Virus record (IMG/VR): IMGVR_UViG_3300032167_000083
Coordinates: 24,662-88,661 of that record
Length of the DNA: 64,000 nt
DNA from: a virus
Lineage: Duplodnaviria; Caudoviricetes
Direction: 5' to 3' (one strand)
Below are positions 8,750 through 18,265 of the stretch, one piece after another. The position numbers and the translations under genes were made by a program. The notes beneath the pieces were generated by a model. The model worked only from the letters and a program-made list of their open reading frames with translations. It did not search any database and was not told the DNA's origin. Within the stretch, counting starts at the first letter, position 1. Every line of letters starts with the position of its first letter.

Positions 8750-9034
8750 TTATTCGAAAGATACACTTTCAAGGAATTTTTTATATTCCTCTTCTTGTAT
8801 TTTTTCCAGTTCTTCTTTTATGTTCGGTTCTTCTTCGAACATTTCATAGGTTATGTCTTTTGCCCAATTTTCAAGAACTTTCATTCTTGTTTCTTCGTCA
8901 GCTTTTAAAAAAGCTTCGAATATAAAATTAAACAACTCGGTATCCATTTCGAATACTTGATATTGTTCTGGGCTTTCTACAACTATGTTAGTTGTATTTT
9001 TAATCTTGTTGTCTGTGATTGTAAATTCTTTCAT
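8750..9034 (-). CDS. acidic hypothetical protein
   Basis: GAAAGGA RBS before MKEFTI. Confidence 0.65.
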   Translation of the reverse strand: MKEFTITDNKIKNTTNIVVESPEQYQVFEMDTELFNFIFEAFLKADEETRMKVLENWAKDITYEMFEEEPNIKEELEKIQEEEYKKFLESVSFE

Positions 9035-9529
9035 GATTTTTCCTTTCTTGCCTTTTCGGGCTGACAACTTTCACATTTAATTAGGATAAGATGTCAAGCT
9101 TACCTACCTCATCTTTTGTGAGGATTTAATTAATGAATACGTTAAAGTCGTTTCATTTATTCGACTTTACATATTCATTCATTTTTTTTATACATATCAT
9201 ATAATATCCAGTCTATTTCCAAAACTGAAAATTCTGAAAAAAATTTTTTTACCCACCAGAAACCCTACCTTTTCTCCCACTCCACAATTTTAAACAAAAA
9301 AAGAGAGATTGCAAAACACAACCCCTCCAAAAAGAAACATAGACAAATCATCTTTCAAACCTCTCTCACATTCAAATCTTAATCTTTTTCAAACAATCCA
9401 ACACCAAATCCTCACCAACTCCATCTATCCATCAACTTATATTATCAACTCCAAAAAATCGATTCTACGTCTCTATCATTCAAAAAACTCTAATAAACAA
9501 AAATGAGATGAATAAATCATCTCAAAAAA

Positions 9530-9560
9530 AAAGAGAGATTACCAAAGTAACCTCTCTTAA
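9530..9560. terminator. intrinsic terminator (probably of the minus-strand operon ending at 9629)
   Basis: AAGAGAGATTAC/GTAACCTCTCTT inverted repeat next to a long A-run. Confidence 0.55.
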
Positions 9561-9628
9561 TAAATTTATTTATATAATTTACGAATGAACTTACATTATT
9601 CACTTCGTTCACAGATGAACTCACATTA

Positions 9629-10135
9629 TCAATCTAAAGCTTCTAATGATAATAAAGGAATTATATTATTATCTTTACCATTAAGTTCTTTTTTCATATT
9701 TTCAACAAACACATTATAAGCCTTCACAACATCAACAATTTTAGTAATTATTATTCCATCTTCATTTTTAACACATTTAAGGTAAGGAATAGAAGACTCA
9801 TCTAAGCAAAAAGCATCATCAATCATATCCTTAAATCTACATAAAGATAAGACATCATATCCATATGCTAATAACTCTGGGTTAATATTTAAATCCCATT
9901 TTGCATTAGGATGTTGTAAAATTTTATCTACTGTTATAATAAATAATTCAGCAGATTCAAAATAGAATTCATTAAAATTTTCAGGATATTTTTTATATAT
10001 TGGACCTCCAAATACATCATTTTTATCGTTAATATAACAACTATAAATTACAAGTTTAACATCATTGTAATCATATTCATTTTTTCCAACTTTTAAAATA
10101 CATTTCATAATAATCGTCTCCTCAAAAAATTTCAA
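9629..10135 (-). CDS. hypothetical protein
   Basis: ORF in a tightly packed operon; start may be MKCILK. Confidence 0.7.
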   Translation of the reverse strand: MKFFEETIIMKCILKVGKNEYDYNDVKLVIYSCYINDKNDVFGGPIYKKYPENFNEFYFESAELFIITVDKILQHPNAKWDLNINPELLAYGYDVLSLCRFKDMIDDAFCLDESSIPYLKCVKNEDGIIITKIVDVVKAYNVFVENMKKELNGKDNNIIPLLSLEALD

Positions 10136-10329
10136 TTTTCACAACTCGACAAAAAATACAAACCTTCTATATCATCTTTCTGTTCTTTTTTAACTTCAAA
10201 TTCTTTAATACATGCATCAATAGAATCAATCAATTCAGGGTCAATATCATCAAACAGATATAATTTAGCTCTATGTCCTCTAATTATACTATTTTCTGGA
10301 GCTTTTATTGTTATAACATTATTTTCCAT
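10132..10329 (-). CDS. small hypothetical protein (MENNVITI...RGHRAKLYLFDD)
   Basis: Overlaps both neighbours; start chosen at MENNV. Confidence 0.5.
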   Translation of the reverse strand: MENNVITIKAPENSIIRGHRAKLYLFDDIDPELIDSIDACIKEFEVKKEQKDDIEGLYFLSSCEN

Positions 10330-10816
10330 TTTTTTCCACCTGAGTGTTTTTTGATGATTCAATAGTTCCAGTAGAAATTTCAACAACTCCAAAATTTATA
10401 AAATTACGAGGATCGAATTCACGTTCATAATGATAAGAAATAGCATCAACAGAATAAACATTTTTATCAAATGAATATAATTTTTCATTTATTAATCCTT
10501 CATTTGCTTGAATACCTGAAATGTTATCAACTGTTTGAATCAATTTAACACGATTACCATCATCTATAATTCCTGCAAATACCTGAATCTGGTCATAATA
10601 AGTATAGTAAGGTATTATTATTTTAAAATGCTGTTTGAAACTCATAGGGGATGCATGAAGATTATTAGTTACGCTTTTTGCCATAATAAAAGGTAAATCT
10701 TTAACAAGACCTTGGGAATCATGCAAAATATATAAATGATCAATCGAATATTTAAAATCATCTAAACTTATAGTATCAAAAGTTTCTTTTTTATTTTTAT
10801 TACAATTGCAAGACAT
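10319..10816 (-). CDS. hypothetical protein
   Basis: 165 aa, AAGGA RBS. Confidence 0.7.
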   Translation of the reverse strand: MSCNCNKNKKETFDTISLDDFKYSIDHLYILHDSQGLVKDLPFIMAKSVTNNLHASPMSFKQHFKIIIPYYTYYDQIQVFAGIIDDGNRVKLIQTVDNISGIQANEGLINEKLYSFDKNVYSVDAISYHYEREFDPRNFINFGVVEISTGTIESSKNTQVEKNGK

Positions 10817-10907
10817 AATTTAATTCCTTCTTTCTTAATTTTACTATACCCTATAAAGTATAGTTTATTTTTTATTTTCTCCTATTATACCTTATAGGGT
10901 ATAATTT

Positions 10908-11648
10908 TTAAAATTTATAATATTCGCCTTCCACATATGTTAATTCATTTTGTTCAATAAATTCTTCAACTTTATCAGTATCAACATAAATTATCAATTT
11001 TTCCATTGGTATACTTTTATCTTCATTTTCATCATTTAAAATGATATTTTCGGTATTGCAACGAAACATATCTAAAATTTTTTCTGATTCATTTTCTAAT
11101 TGAGTTTCTTGTTTTTCTTTCTCCAAAACTCTATCTAATTCTTCTCTAAGTTCTTCTCTATATCTTTCAGAAAAATAGAGTTTCAATCCTTCAATAGAAG
11201 CCTTTTTACCTTTTTCTTTCACACGTTGAGCAAGTGTTTTAATAGTATCTCCATCATATTGAAGAGTCCACTCAGAGAATTTTTTAAGAGCATCATCTAC
11301 ATTGAATTCAATCTTTTTTCTTTTACAATAGTTATAATATCGAATCAATGTTTTTAAATGATATCCAAGCATTTCTTCTTCATGAGAATCAGGATAAGAT
11401 TTAGAAGAAAGGTGAATAACATGTTTATTTTCTGCGTTATTATGATAAGCCATTCCAATAATATGAGCATAATAAGGAACAATATCTGATTCTTTTTCAA
11501 AATGAAGAAGTTTTTTATTATATGTACCATCAGGTTGTTTTTCATATATGTAAACTTTTGAATTTTTTATTAAATTATCAAGACCATCATGAATTTCTAT
11601 ATTATCAAACAGGTCACACTTGCCAGAAAAACGACTTATGATAATCAC
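10908..11648 (-). CDS. hypothetical protein (SRFSGKCDL motif)
   Basis: 246 aa ORF. Confidence 0.75.
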   Translation of the reverse strand: MIIISRFSGKCDLFDNIEIHDGLDNLIKNSKVYIYEKQPDGTYNKKLLHFEKESDIVPYYAHIIGMAYHNNAENKHVIHLSSKSYPDSHEEEMLGYHLKTLIRYYNYCKRKKIEFNVDDALKKFSEWTLQYDGDTIKTLAQRVKEKGKKASIEGLKLYFSERYREELREELDRVLEKEKQETQLENESEKILDMFRCNTENIILNDENEDKSIPMEKLIIYVDTDKVEEFIEQNELTYVEGEYYKF

Positions 11649-11670
11649 CTTCTTTCTTTAAAATCATCAA

Positions 11671-12363
11671 TTAAAACTCTTTCAAAACTTCTTTTTCTTC
11701 ATCTGATTTTTGTTTTAATTCTTTAATAATTTCATCCCCATCATTATCAAAATCTTTAATATCATGTGCTTGTAAAATTTCTGCATCAACTGTATTATTA
11801 ACTATTATGATAGGTTTTTTATAACTTCTTTTATTTTTCTTTTTATTTTTAGAATTATTAGATTTTGATGTTTTAGTATCTGATGAATCAGTTGAAGTAT
11901 GTTTTCTTTTTGCATCAAGTTCAACAAATTTTTCATAAACTTGAGAAACAGACATATTTGCAAATTGTGCGATATTTGTTAGACCAATATTATTAATATA
12001 TTTCAATTCTCCTCTAATGATAAACATATCGTTATATTTATCTTCATTATACCTAATAGCCATATAAAAGTTACAATATTCATCTACCAATAAATTAATT
12101 CCTTCATTCCAAAGTTTGCTTTTTAGAAAATAGAAGAAATAGTATTGATTATCATAACCTAAATCATAATTTGTAACATTTTTATTTTCTTTCATATATA
12201 ATAAATGATAAGGATAACAAGTAATCAATCCACCATCAGAAAAAACATTACTCTTTATCCAATTAAAAGTTTGTTCTTTAGCCCCATCATACCATAATTC
12301 ATTAAATTTTTCTTCATAGATTTTATATAAATCTTTTTTTGTCATTAATTCATCTCTAAGCAT
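11671..12363 (-). CDS. hypothetical protein
   Basis: 230 aa ORF. Confidence 0.7.
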   Translation of the reverse strand: MLRDELMTKKDLYKIYEEKFNELWYDGAKEQTFNWIKSNVFSDGGLITCYPYHLLYMKENKNVTNYDLGYDNQYYFFYFLKSKLWNEGINLLVDEYCNFYMAIRYNEDKYNDMFIIRGELKYINNIGLTNIAQFANMSVSQVYEKFVELDAKRKHTSTDSSDTKTSKSNNSKNKKKNKRSYKKPIIIVNNTVDAEILQAHDIKDFDNDGDEIIKELKQKSDEEKEVLKEF

Positions 12364-12397
12364 TTTAATACCTCTTTCTATTTTTTAATTATGTTAT

Positions 12398-12667
12398 TTA
12401 CTCATCATCACTAATCAATGCTCTAAATTTAGTAATAATTTTTGAATTTTTACCTTGTTGTTCTTTTAAATGATTTTCAGTTGCTTCTAATTTAGTTTTA
12501 GCTTCTTCAATTTCAAAAATAGTTTTATCAATTTCTTCATTTATATCAGATAGATTATTAATTGTATTTGTAACTAAATCTAAAGCTGATGATGATTTGT
12601 TTTGCAAAAATTCCAACTTTGCCTTTTTACTTTCAATAAAATCCTTTTCTTTTGTCTTAAAAAACAT
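12398..12667 (-). CDS. coiled-coil hypothetical protein
   Basis: 89 aa heptad-rich ORF with RBS. Confidence 0.7.
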   Translation of the reverse strand: MFFKTKEKDFIESKKAKLEFLQNKSSSALDLVTNTINNLSDINEEIDKTIFEIEEAKTKLEATENHLKEQQGKNSKIITKFRALISDDE

Positions 12668-12689
12668 AATAAATTCCTTCTTTCTTTTT

Positions 12690-13259
12690 TTAAATATTTT
12701 CTTTTAATTCTTTTAAAAAATTATTTTTTATTTTTTCATTATTGATAATAGTATCTCTAACTTTCATTAAAGTAAATCCTAATAAATTCAAACCCTTCCA
12801 ATTGGTAGGATTTTTTATTTTACCATTATCATTTTCTATACTTAATCCAATACCCCAAATTTTATCATAAGGAGAAGCTTCAACTAATATTCTATCTTTT
12901 GTTGAAATAATATAATTTCTTAAAATTTCATTTTGAGTGAACTTTGCAAGATTACCTGTAAATACAATATTTTCTTTATTTAAATCCCAAAGTGCCTGAT
13001 TAAAATTTTTTATTTTTCTGCCAAATGATTTAATTTCTTTTTGATTATCACTCAACATAATCTTTTTTAATATTTCATTATCTTGAAATAGTCGAGCTTT
13101 TTCAGCCATCATATATTGTTCTACACACCAATACGTTATATTGTCTATTGTGAATTCAATAGGATACCAGTTAGATAAATATGACCTGCTATGCCAAAAG
13201 AATAAAAAGTCAAAATTTTCTCCTTCATTATATCTTTTACATAATTCTTTTTTATCCAT
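12690..13259 (-). CDS. NADAR (YbiA/DUF1768) family hydrolase
   Basis: LSNWY...EQYMMAEKARLF.D...KFTQN...LVEASPYDKIWGIG...W.G.NLLG..LM.VR. Confidence 0.92.
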   Translation of the reverse strand: MDKKELCKRYNEGENFDFLFFWHSRSYLSNWYPIEFTIDNITYWCVEQYMMAEKARLFQDNEILKKIMLSDNQKEIKSFGRKIKNFNQALWDLNKENIVFTGNLAKFTQNEILRNYIISTKDRILVEASPYDKIWGIGLSIENDNGKIKNPTNWKGLNLLGFTLMKVRDTIINNEKIKNNFLKELKENI

Positions 13260-13261
13260 TT

Positions 13262-13975
13262 TTAAATCTCCTCATATAAATGTTTATTAAAATCATTATC
13301 CACTATTGTAAAATAGTCGAAAGCATAAGGATAAATAGTAGACTGTGCATTTTTATCTCCAGAAGGATTATCTTCTGCAAGTTGTAAATATTGTATATAA
13401 TATCCTTTCATTTCGTAAGGATCTTCAAATTCATCATAATAGTCAGTATCGCAAAAATGTCCATATTCAACTATTGCTATACCATAATCAGATTTTAAAA
13501 TATCATTAGTAAAAATAAATTCTAAAGTAATATTATCAATATATTTATTTTCATCAAACCTATCTTTTCTAACACTTTCAACTATTTCTGATTCAGTAAT
13601 AATAGCTTTAACAATACCAGTATCTTTGTCAATATGTACTTTAGATAATATATCAATATTATCTTGATTAGCAACATCAAATACATAATCTACTAATGGT
13701 ATTCGATTCATACCTTCATCTGGACCAGAGTAAATATCTTGAGAAATAACCCAACCTGTAAATTCACATAATGTATATGGAAGAATTTCAACTCCTGAAT
13801 TAATATTTTTACCAAGTGGAATTATGAATGAATGATTTTCTGATTCTGTATCCATACCAAAAAAATATCCCACAACCCAAGTATTAGGTTCGTATTGTAA
13901 ATTTTGATTTTCAAAGGTATCTTTAACTTTAGCTTTAAATAAAATAAGTTTTTTATTATTTATGTTATTATTCAT
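13262..13975 (-). CDS. YopX-like protein
   Basis: ILFKAK...WVVG...TLCEFTG...IF.NDI pattern. Confidence 0.55.
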   Translation of the reverse strand: MNNNINNKKLILFKAKVKDTFENQNLQYEPNTWVVGYFFGMDTESENHSFIIPLGKNINSGVEILPYTLCEFTGWVISQDIYSGPDEGMNRIPLVDYVFDVANQDNIDILSKVHIDKDTGIVKAIITESEIVESVRKDRFDENKYIDNITLEFIFTNDILKSDYGIAIVEYGHFCDTDYYDEFEDPYEMKGYYIQYLQLAEDNPSGDKNAQSTIYPYAFDYFTIVDNDFNKHLYEEI

Positions 13976-13976
13976 T

Positions 13977-14240
13977 TTATATAATTATCCTTCCTGTAGC
14001 TTGTGTTATTACATCATCAAAATCAACATATCCAAATAAAGCAGTATTTACTTCTTTATTAAAAATATTATTAATTTTCCATATTTCATCTTTTGTCAAA
14101 TCATCAATAACATAATTGCTATTACTTACTTTAATATAATAAGTATTGTTATTAATATCATTATCATTTTTTATATCCCAAAATAATTTAAAATCTTTAA
14201 TATCTGTATTGAAACCAAGACTCATAGAAAAAATTCTCAT
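13977..14240 (-). CDS. hypothetical protein
   Basis: Translationally coupled ORF. Confidence 0.6.
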   Translation of the reverse strand: MRIFSMSLGFNTDIKDFKLFWDIKNDNDINNNTYYIKVSNSNYVIDDLTKDEIWKINNIFNKEVNTALFGYVDFDDVITQATGRIII

Positions 14241-14524
14241 ATATAATCACCTTCTTCATTATTTAATTCAGCTATTGAAAAAACATCAACACCCATTTCA
14301 GCAAAATCAATTGGCTTATCGTTGTTTAAACAATTTAAAATATAATAATATATTTGTTTTTGAGAGTGATTATTTGATTCTAATGTTATTTTTAAGTTTT
14401 TCCAACTATATTCCTTTGTTTTAGGTTCATACCAAGGAATTTTTACAATTATTGAATATTCATTTAAAGGAAAATATAGACTTAATTCTGATAGTTTTTT
14501 ATTTACTTGTATTTTATCACTCAT
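14237..14524 (-). CDS. hypothetical protein
   Basis: GAGG RBS, coupled to the downstream gene. Confidence 0.6.
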   Translation of the reverse strand: MSDKIQVNKKLSELSLYFPLNEYSIIVKIPWYEPKTKEYSWKNLKITLESNNHSQKQIYYYILNCLNNDKPIDFAEMGVDVFSIAELNNEEGDYI

Positions 14525-14530
14525 AATTAT

Positions 14531-14692
14531 TTACCTCTTGTCAACTAATTCTTCAGCAATACCAAGTATTTCAGCAATTAAAATACCTGATGCTAATACA
14601 GTAATACTTTTTGTAAATATTGCAACTACTGATGAAATAATTCTAATTCCTGATTTAGCAATTGAAATAAATAAATGTCCTTTACTGTTCAT
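14531..14692 (-). CDS. small membrane protein, 53 aa (MNSKGHLFISIAKSGIRI...AEILGIAEELVDKR)
   Basis: Manual translation; fills the operon gap; the track's + strand ORF here is its shadow. Confidence 0.65.
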   Translation of the reverse strand: MNSKGHLFISIAKSGIRIISSVVAIFTKSITVLASGILIAEILGIAEELVDKR

Positions 14693-14696
14693 AATA

Positions 14697-15476
14697 TCAT
14701 CTCCCTTCCATCTCTTCCATCAACCATTCCCAAAAATGTTCTGATTCAATATGAGAAGTAAAGAAGGAATAATAATTAATATGATTTTCCATTAAAAAGT
14801 TCATTATTTCACTATGTAATTCTTCAGCTTGGTTCTCTGTTTGAAATCTTCCTTCTTGTTTATAATCATGATCTCTCATTAAACATATATTAAGATTATT
14901 AAATTGATTAAAATGATATAGTTCTAATTGTTTTAATAATTCTTTAGATTGTTCATCTTTTTCATAAAAATGAGGAAGAATTATAGGACTATCAGTAACA
15001 ATAATATCAACTTCATCAGACATTGAATGCATTTTATATAATTGTTTTCCAAATATATAAGGTTCACAAGTAAATACTTTTTCTGAATGTTCGTAAAGTT
15101 TTGATTTTGCGAATTCAGGTAAATATTCAACTTTAAATCCATTCTGTTTTAATTTAGCTGATAAATACCAGCTTGCCCATGATTTACCTGCTCCTGGTTC
15201 TCCAATAAAATTAATAATTAAGGGTCTGTTTATTTTCTTTATTGTTGTTTTAATTTTATTATTTTTAGAAATATTTGATTGTATTTGAATTTGTTTTTCA
15301 TATATTTCATCAATTATTTTTTTAAATTCTGATAAATCAATTTTGTAATCATTAGGGAAAGTATCTATTAGTTTTTTATATGTATAATTTGAGATAATTC
15401 CTTTATCTGCTTCGTCAAATAAAGAATCTAATAAATTATTTGTCATACTATAAATGTTTTCATTCATAAATATCAC
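14697..15476 (-). CDS. P-loop nucleotide kinase-like protein
   Basis: IINFIGEPGAGKS, EFAK, IVTDSP, GRFQ motifs. Confidence 0.8.
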   Translation of the reverse strand: MIFMNENIYSMTNNLLDSLFDEADKGIISNYTYKKLIDTFPNDYKIDLSEFKKIIDEIYEKQIQIQSNISKNNKIKTTIKKINRPLIINFIGEPGAGKSWASWYLSAKLKQNGFKVEYLPEFAKSKLYEHSEKVFTCEPYIFGKQLYKMHSMSDEVDIIVTDSPIILPHFYEKDEQSKELLKQLELYHFNQFNNLNICLMRDHDYKQEGRFQTENQAEELHSEIMNFLMENHINYYSFFTSHIESEHFWEWLMEEMEGR

Positions 15477-15499
15477 CTCTTTTATTTTTATTTTATCTT

Positions 15500-15528
15500 A
15501 GTATAACATATTTTTTAAAAAATGTCAA
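15500..15528 (-). promoter_or_regulatory. sigmaA promoter
   Basis: TTGACA-17-TATACT with TG. Confidence 0.75.
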
Positions 15529-15546
15529 TAGTAAAATAAAAAATTT

Positions 15547-16269
15547 TTAATTTTTTATGTAATACCAACCATTAAAATCAATTTTTTTAGAACTTACACT
15601 GTTTTTTAATAATTGTAAATTTTGAGAATTATTGTCACAATTCAAAGTTGTATAAACTTGCATATATTTTACAACTTTTTTATTAGTCGTATAATACATT
15701 TTATAATTATATAACAATCCTACATTATGTAAAACATCAAGCATCTTCATAAAAGTTTTTTTAGAAATTTTATTCATTTCCATAATTCTTTCATGATACC
15801 AATAACAATTAGGCACAGAATCAGAAAAATTCATAAAAGATTTTATTAACAAATATAATGAAACTAATTTATCAACATAAACACCATATTGTTTTTTACA
15901 ATTTTTTAATTTTAATAATTCTTCATCAGTTAAAATAACAAATTGTTTATTTTTTAACCAAGAATAATTATTTTTTGAATCTCTTTTAAATCGAATTGTT
16001 ATTTTTTCAGCATTTGCTAATTTACTTAAATCACAATCTGTTTCAATGAAATTTTCTTTTTGTAGAGAAATTAAACAATCTCTTAATGTATCAGGTATTT
16101 CACCTTTTTTATTTGTTCTTTGATATTCCCAATAATCAATAATATCATTAATTGAAAATTCAATATCTCCATTTCTTTTTTCAATCTGATATAAATATAA
16201 AAACACAAGAAGCATTTTTTTATATTCAGGATTTTCTATGTATTTTTTTGAAATACTTATATTATACAT
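15547..16269 (-). CDS. putative winged-helix DNA-binding protein
   Basis: Two wHTH-like segments; inference only. Confidence 0.55.
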   Translation of the reverse strand: MYNISISKKYIENPEYKKMLLVFLYLYQIEKRNGDIEFSINDIIDYWEYQRTNKKGEIPDTLRDCLISLQKENFIETDCDLSKLANAEKITIRFKRDSKNNYSWLKNKQFVILTDEELLKLKNCKKQYGVYVDKLVSLYLLIKSFMNFSDSVPNCYWYHERIMEMNKISKKTFMKMLDVLHNVGLLYNYKMYYTTNKKVVKYMQVYTTLNCDNNSQNLQLLKNSVSSKKIDFNGWYYIKN

Positions 16270-16314
16270 TTAAATCACTCCTTAAAAATATATTTTAAAA
16301 TTTTAGTAATTTAA

Positions 16315-16343
16315 ATTATAACATAGAATTTTATAAATGTCAA
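16315..16343 (-). promoter_or_regulatory. sigmaA promoter
   Basis: TTGACA-17-TATAAT with TG. Confidence 0.8.
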
Positions 16344-16779
16344 TAGTAAAATAAAAAATTTTTTTATGAGTCTCAAGAATAAGAATAATCAAAAAATGAA
16401 ATTTAAAAGAGTGGACTTTGGGATTCGAAGAATACCATTGTCCCTCTTTTTTTCATTTTGAAGATTTTCTTTTCTGAGGCTCTTTCTTTTATTATTCTTT
16501 TTTTATTTTCTTATTGTTCTCTTATTATATTATTATTCTGTGGGGAGAGTTCCTAAAAAGAGTATAGGAAAATTCCACTTTAAAATTTTATGGTTTCCAA
16601 TATGCTACATAGGGATTTTTCCACTTTGGGTATATTTCAGTTCCTATATGTTGTCATAGGATTGCTAACTTTAATTTTTGAGATAATAAGTGAATAAGAC
16701 ATACTTTATAGAAAATAGAAATAATAATAACAGATGTTTTTTAATTAACAAAAATTATAAAAATATTTAATAAAAACAC

Positions 16780-16808
16780 TTGACAATTTTTATAAAATAT
16801 GTTATACT
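16780..16808 (+). promoter_or_regulatory. sigmaA promoter (divergent)
   Basis: TTGACA-17-TATACT with TG. Confidence 0.75.
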
Positions 16809-16853
16809 AAGATTAAGTTATTTACAAGAATAACACAATCTAAAAGAAAAGAG

Positions 16854-17498
16854 GTGAGGGATATGGATTTCGCTACAGGATTAAATAAAAGAGATGTAAA
16901 TAAATTAACATTATATGTAGATATAGATGGAGTAGTATTAAGAACATCAGAAGCTTTTATAACTCATTATTGTAAAAAACATAATATTAATAAAACATTT
17001 TATAATTTAAAAGATTATAATTTTAAAAGTATTGATAGAAATATAGAACTTCAAGATTTCTTTAAATATGTTGAATCAAAAGACTTTGTGAATGAAGTTG
17101 AATTTTTTGAAGAATTTGTAGAGTATTATAAAAAGAGAAAAAATGATTTTAATTGGATATTTATTACAAAAGGAACGATTAATTTTTTTAATATAAAGCA
17201 AAAGATACTTGAAAAAAAATTGGGATATGATATAGAATTAATACATATAGGTCCTGGTCAAGAAAAAAATATTGTTGACATGAATAATGGAATACAGATT
17301 GATGATTTTTACTGTAATTTAAACACAAATGCGAAAACAAAGGTCCTTGTAAAGAATTTTATAGATACAGATTACAATTTTGTACCAGACATAAGGGAAG
17401 ATTTATACATAGTTAATGATTGGAAAGACATTGGAGAATGTCTTGATTGGTTTAAAAAAGAATGGGACTTAGAAAATAATTTTGAGGATTATGTGTAA
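16854..17498 (+). CDS. HAD-superfamily 5'(3')-deoxyribonucleotidase-like protein
   Basis: LYVDIDGV motif I; ITKG; IQIDD motif; start probably at MDFATG. Confidence 0.8.
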   Translation: MRDMDFATGLNKRDVNKLTLYVDIDGVVLRTSEAFITHYCKKHNINKTFYNLKDYNFKSIDRNIELQDFFKYVESKDFVNEVEFFEEFVEYYKKRKNDFNWIFITKGTINFFNIKQKILEKKLGYDIELIHIGPGQEKNIVDMNNGIQIDDFYCNLNTNAKTKVLVKNFIDTDYNFVPDIREDLYIVNDWKDIGECLDWFKKEWDLENNFEDYV

Positions 17499-17576
17499 TA
17501 TTAAACAAATAAAAGAAGAATTTTATTATATGTTTTGTGTATATTGAATAAAGATAAAAAAATGTATAAAAATCTA

Positions 17577-17605
17577 TTGACATTCATAAAATATTATGTT
17601 ACAAT
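17577..17605 (+). promoter_or_regulatory. sigmaA promoter
   Basis: TTGACA-17-TACAAT with TG. Confidence 0.7.
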
Positions 17606-17611
17606 AAATTC

Positions 17612-17830
17612 AAATTTAATCATGAGAGAGACGTAGAATACTCTTAAAAAACGCTCACTGCAGATGGGGTGAAAGGTTGCAGCGTGGGAGAACAATGAAA
17701 TTAAACGGTCAGACAAAAGGCTGAATTAACTCCTGAAAATCGTAGAACAATAGCAAATGGATGCGTTCACGTGGGATAATTACTATCCCTTCTAATTCCC
17801 CTTGATCCAGGTAATGCTGACGAAACAAAG
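17612..17830 (+). ncRNA. putative structured RNA / long leader
   Basis: GC-enriched non-coding tract with several stems, directly after a promoter. Confidence 0.4.
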
Positions 17831-17878
17831 ATAGAAGAAAAGTAATAATAAAATACATAATAAAGAAGGTGAATTTGA

Positions 17879-18265
17879 ATGAATAATTCACAACAAATGA
17901 GCCAATATGAACAAATTCTTGCTATTCGTAAAATGAATAGAAAAGATAAAAGAGCATTGGCTAAGAAATTAAAGATTAGTTATAATCAACTTCTTGAAAT
18001 GATAAATTTTGAGATTGCAGATGTAACTGTAGAACAATTACCTGAGGGAACTAAGGTTAAGCTCAAGACAGATAGAATTCTTGAAAGAAAAGAAGAACTT
18101 TCTGACAGGTATGTTGATTGGGTTGAAAAACATAAGGATGATATATTTACTTGTGAAAGAGACCCAGAGTTTCCAGATGATTCTAAAAGAGTTGTGTTTA
18201 AAGAAGATGAAAATGAAGTAAAATGGAGTTTTCATGTAACTGATTTAGAATTGGTTTTGGATTAA
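17879..18265 (+). CDS. hypothetical protein
   Basis: 128 aa, AAGGTG RBS. Confidence 0.75.
   Translation: MNNSQQMSQYEQILAIRKMNRKDKRALAKKLKISYNQLLEMINFEIADVTVEQLPEGTKVKLKTDRILERKEELSDRYVDWVEKHKDDIFTCERDPEFPDDSKRVVFKEDENEVKWSFHVTDLELVLD

Noticed and set aside
17795-17845. CUGACGA as a hammerhead core, or a full TPP riboswitch
   Set aside because: No stem II or stem III for a hammerhead; the TPP CUGAGA element and P1-P3 are not convincing.
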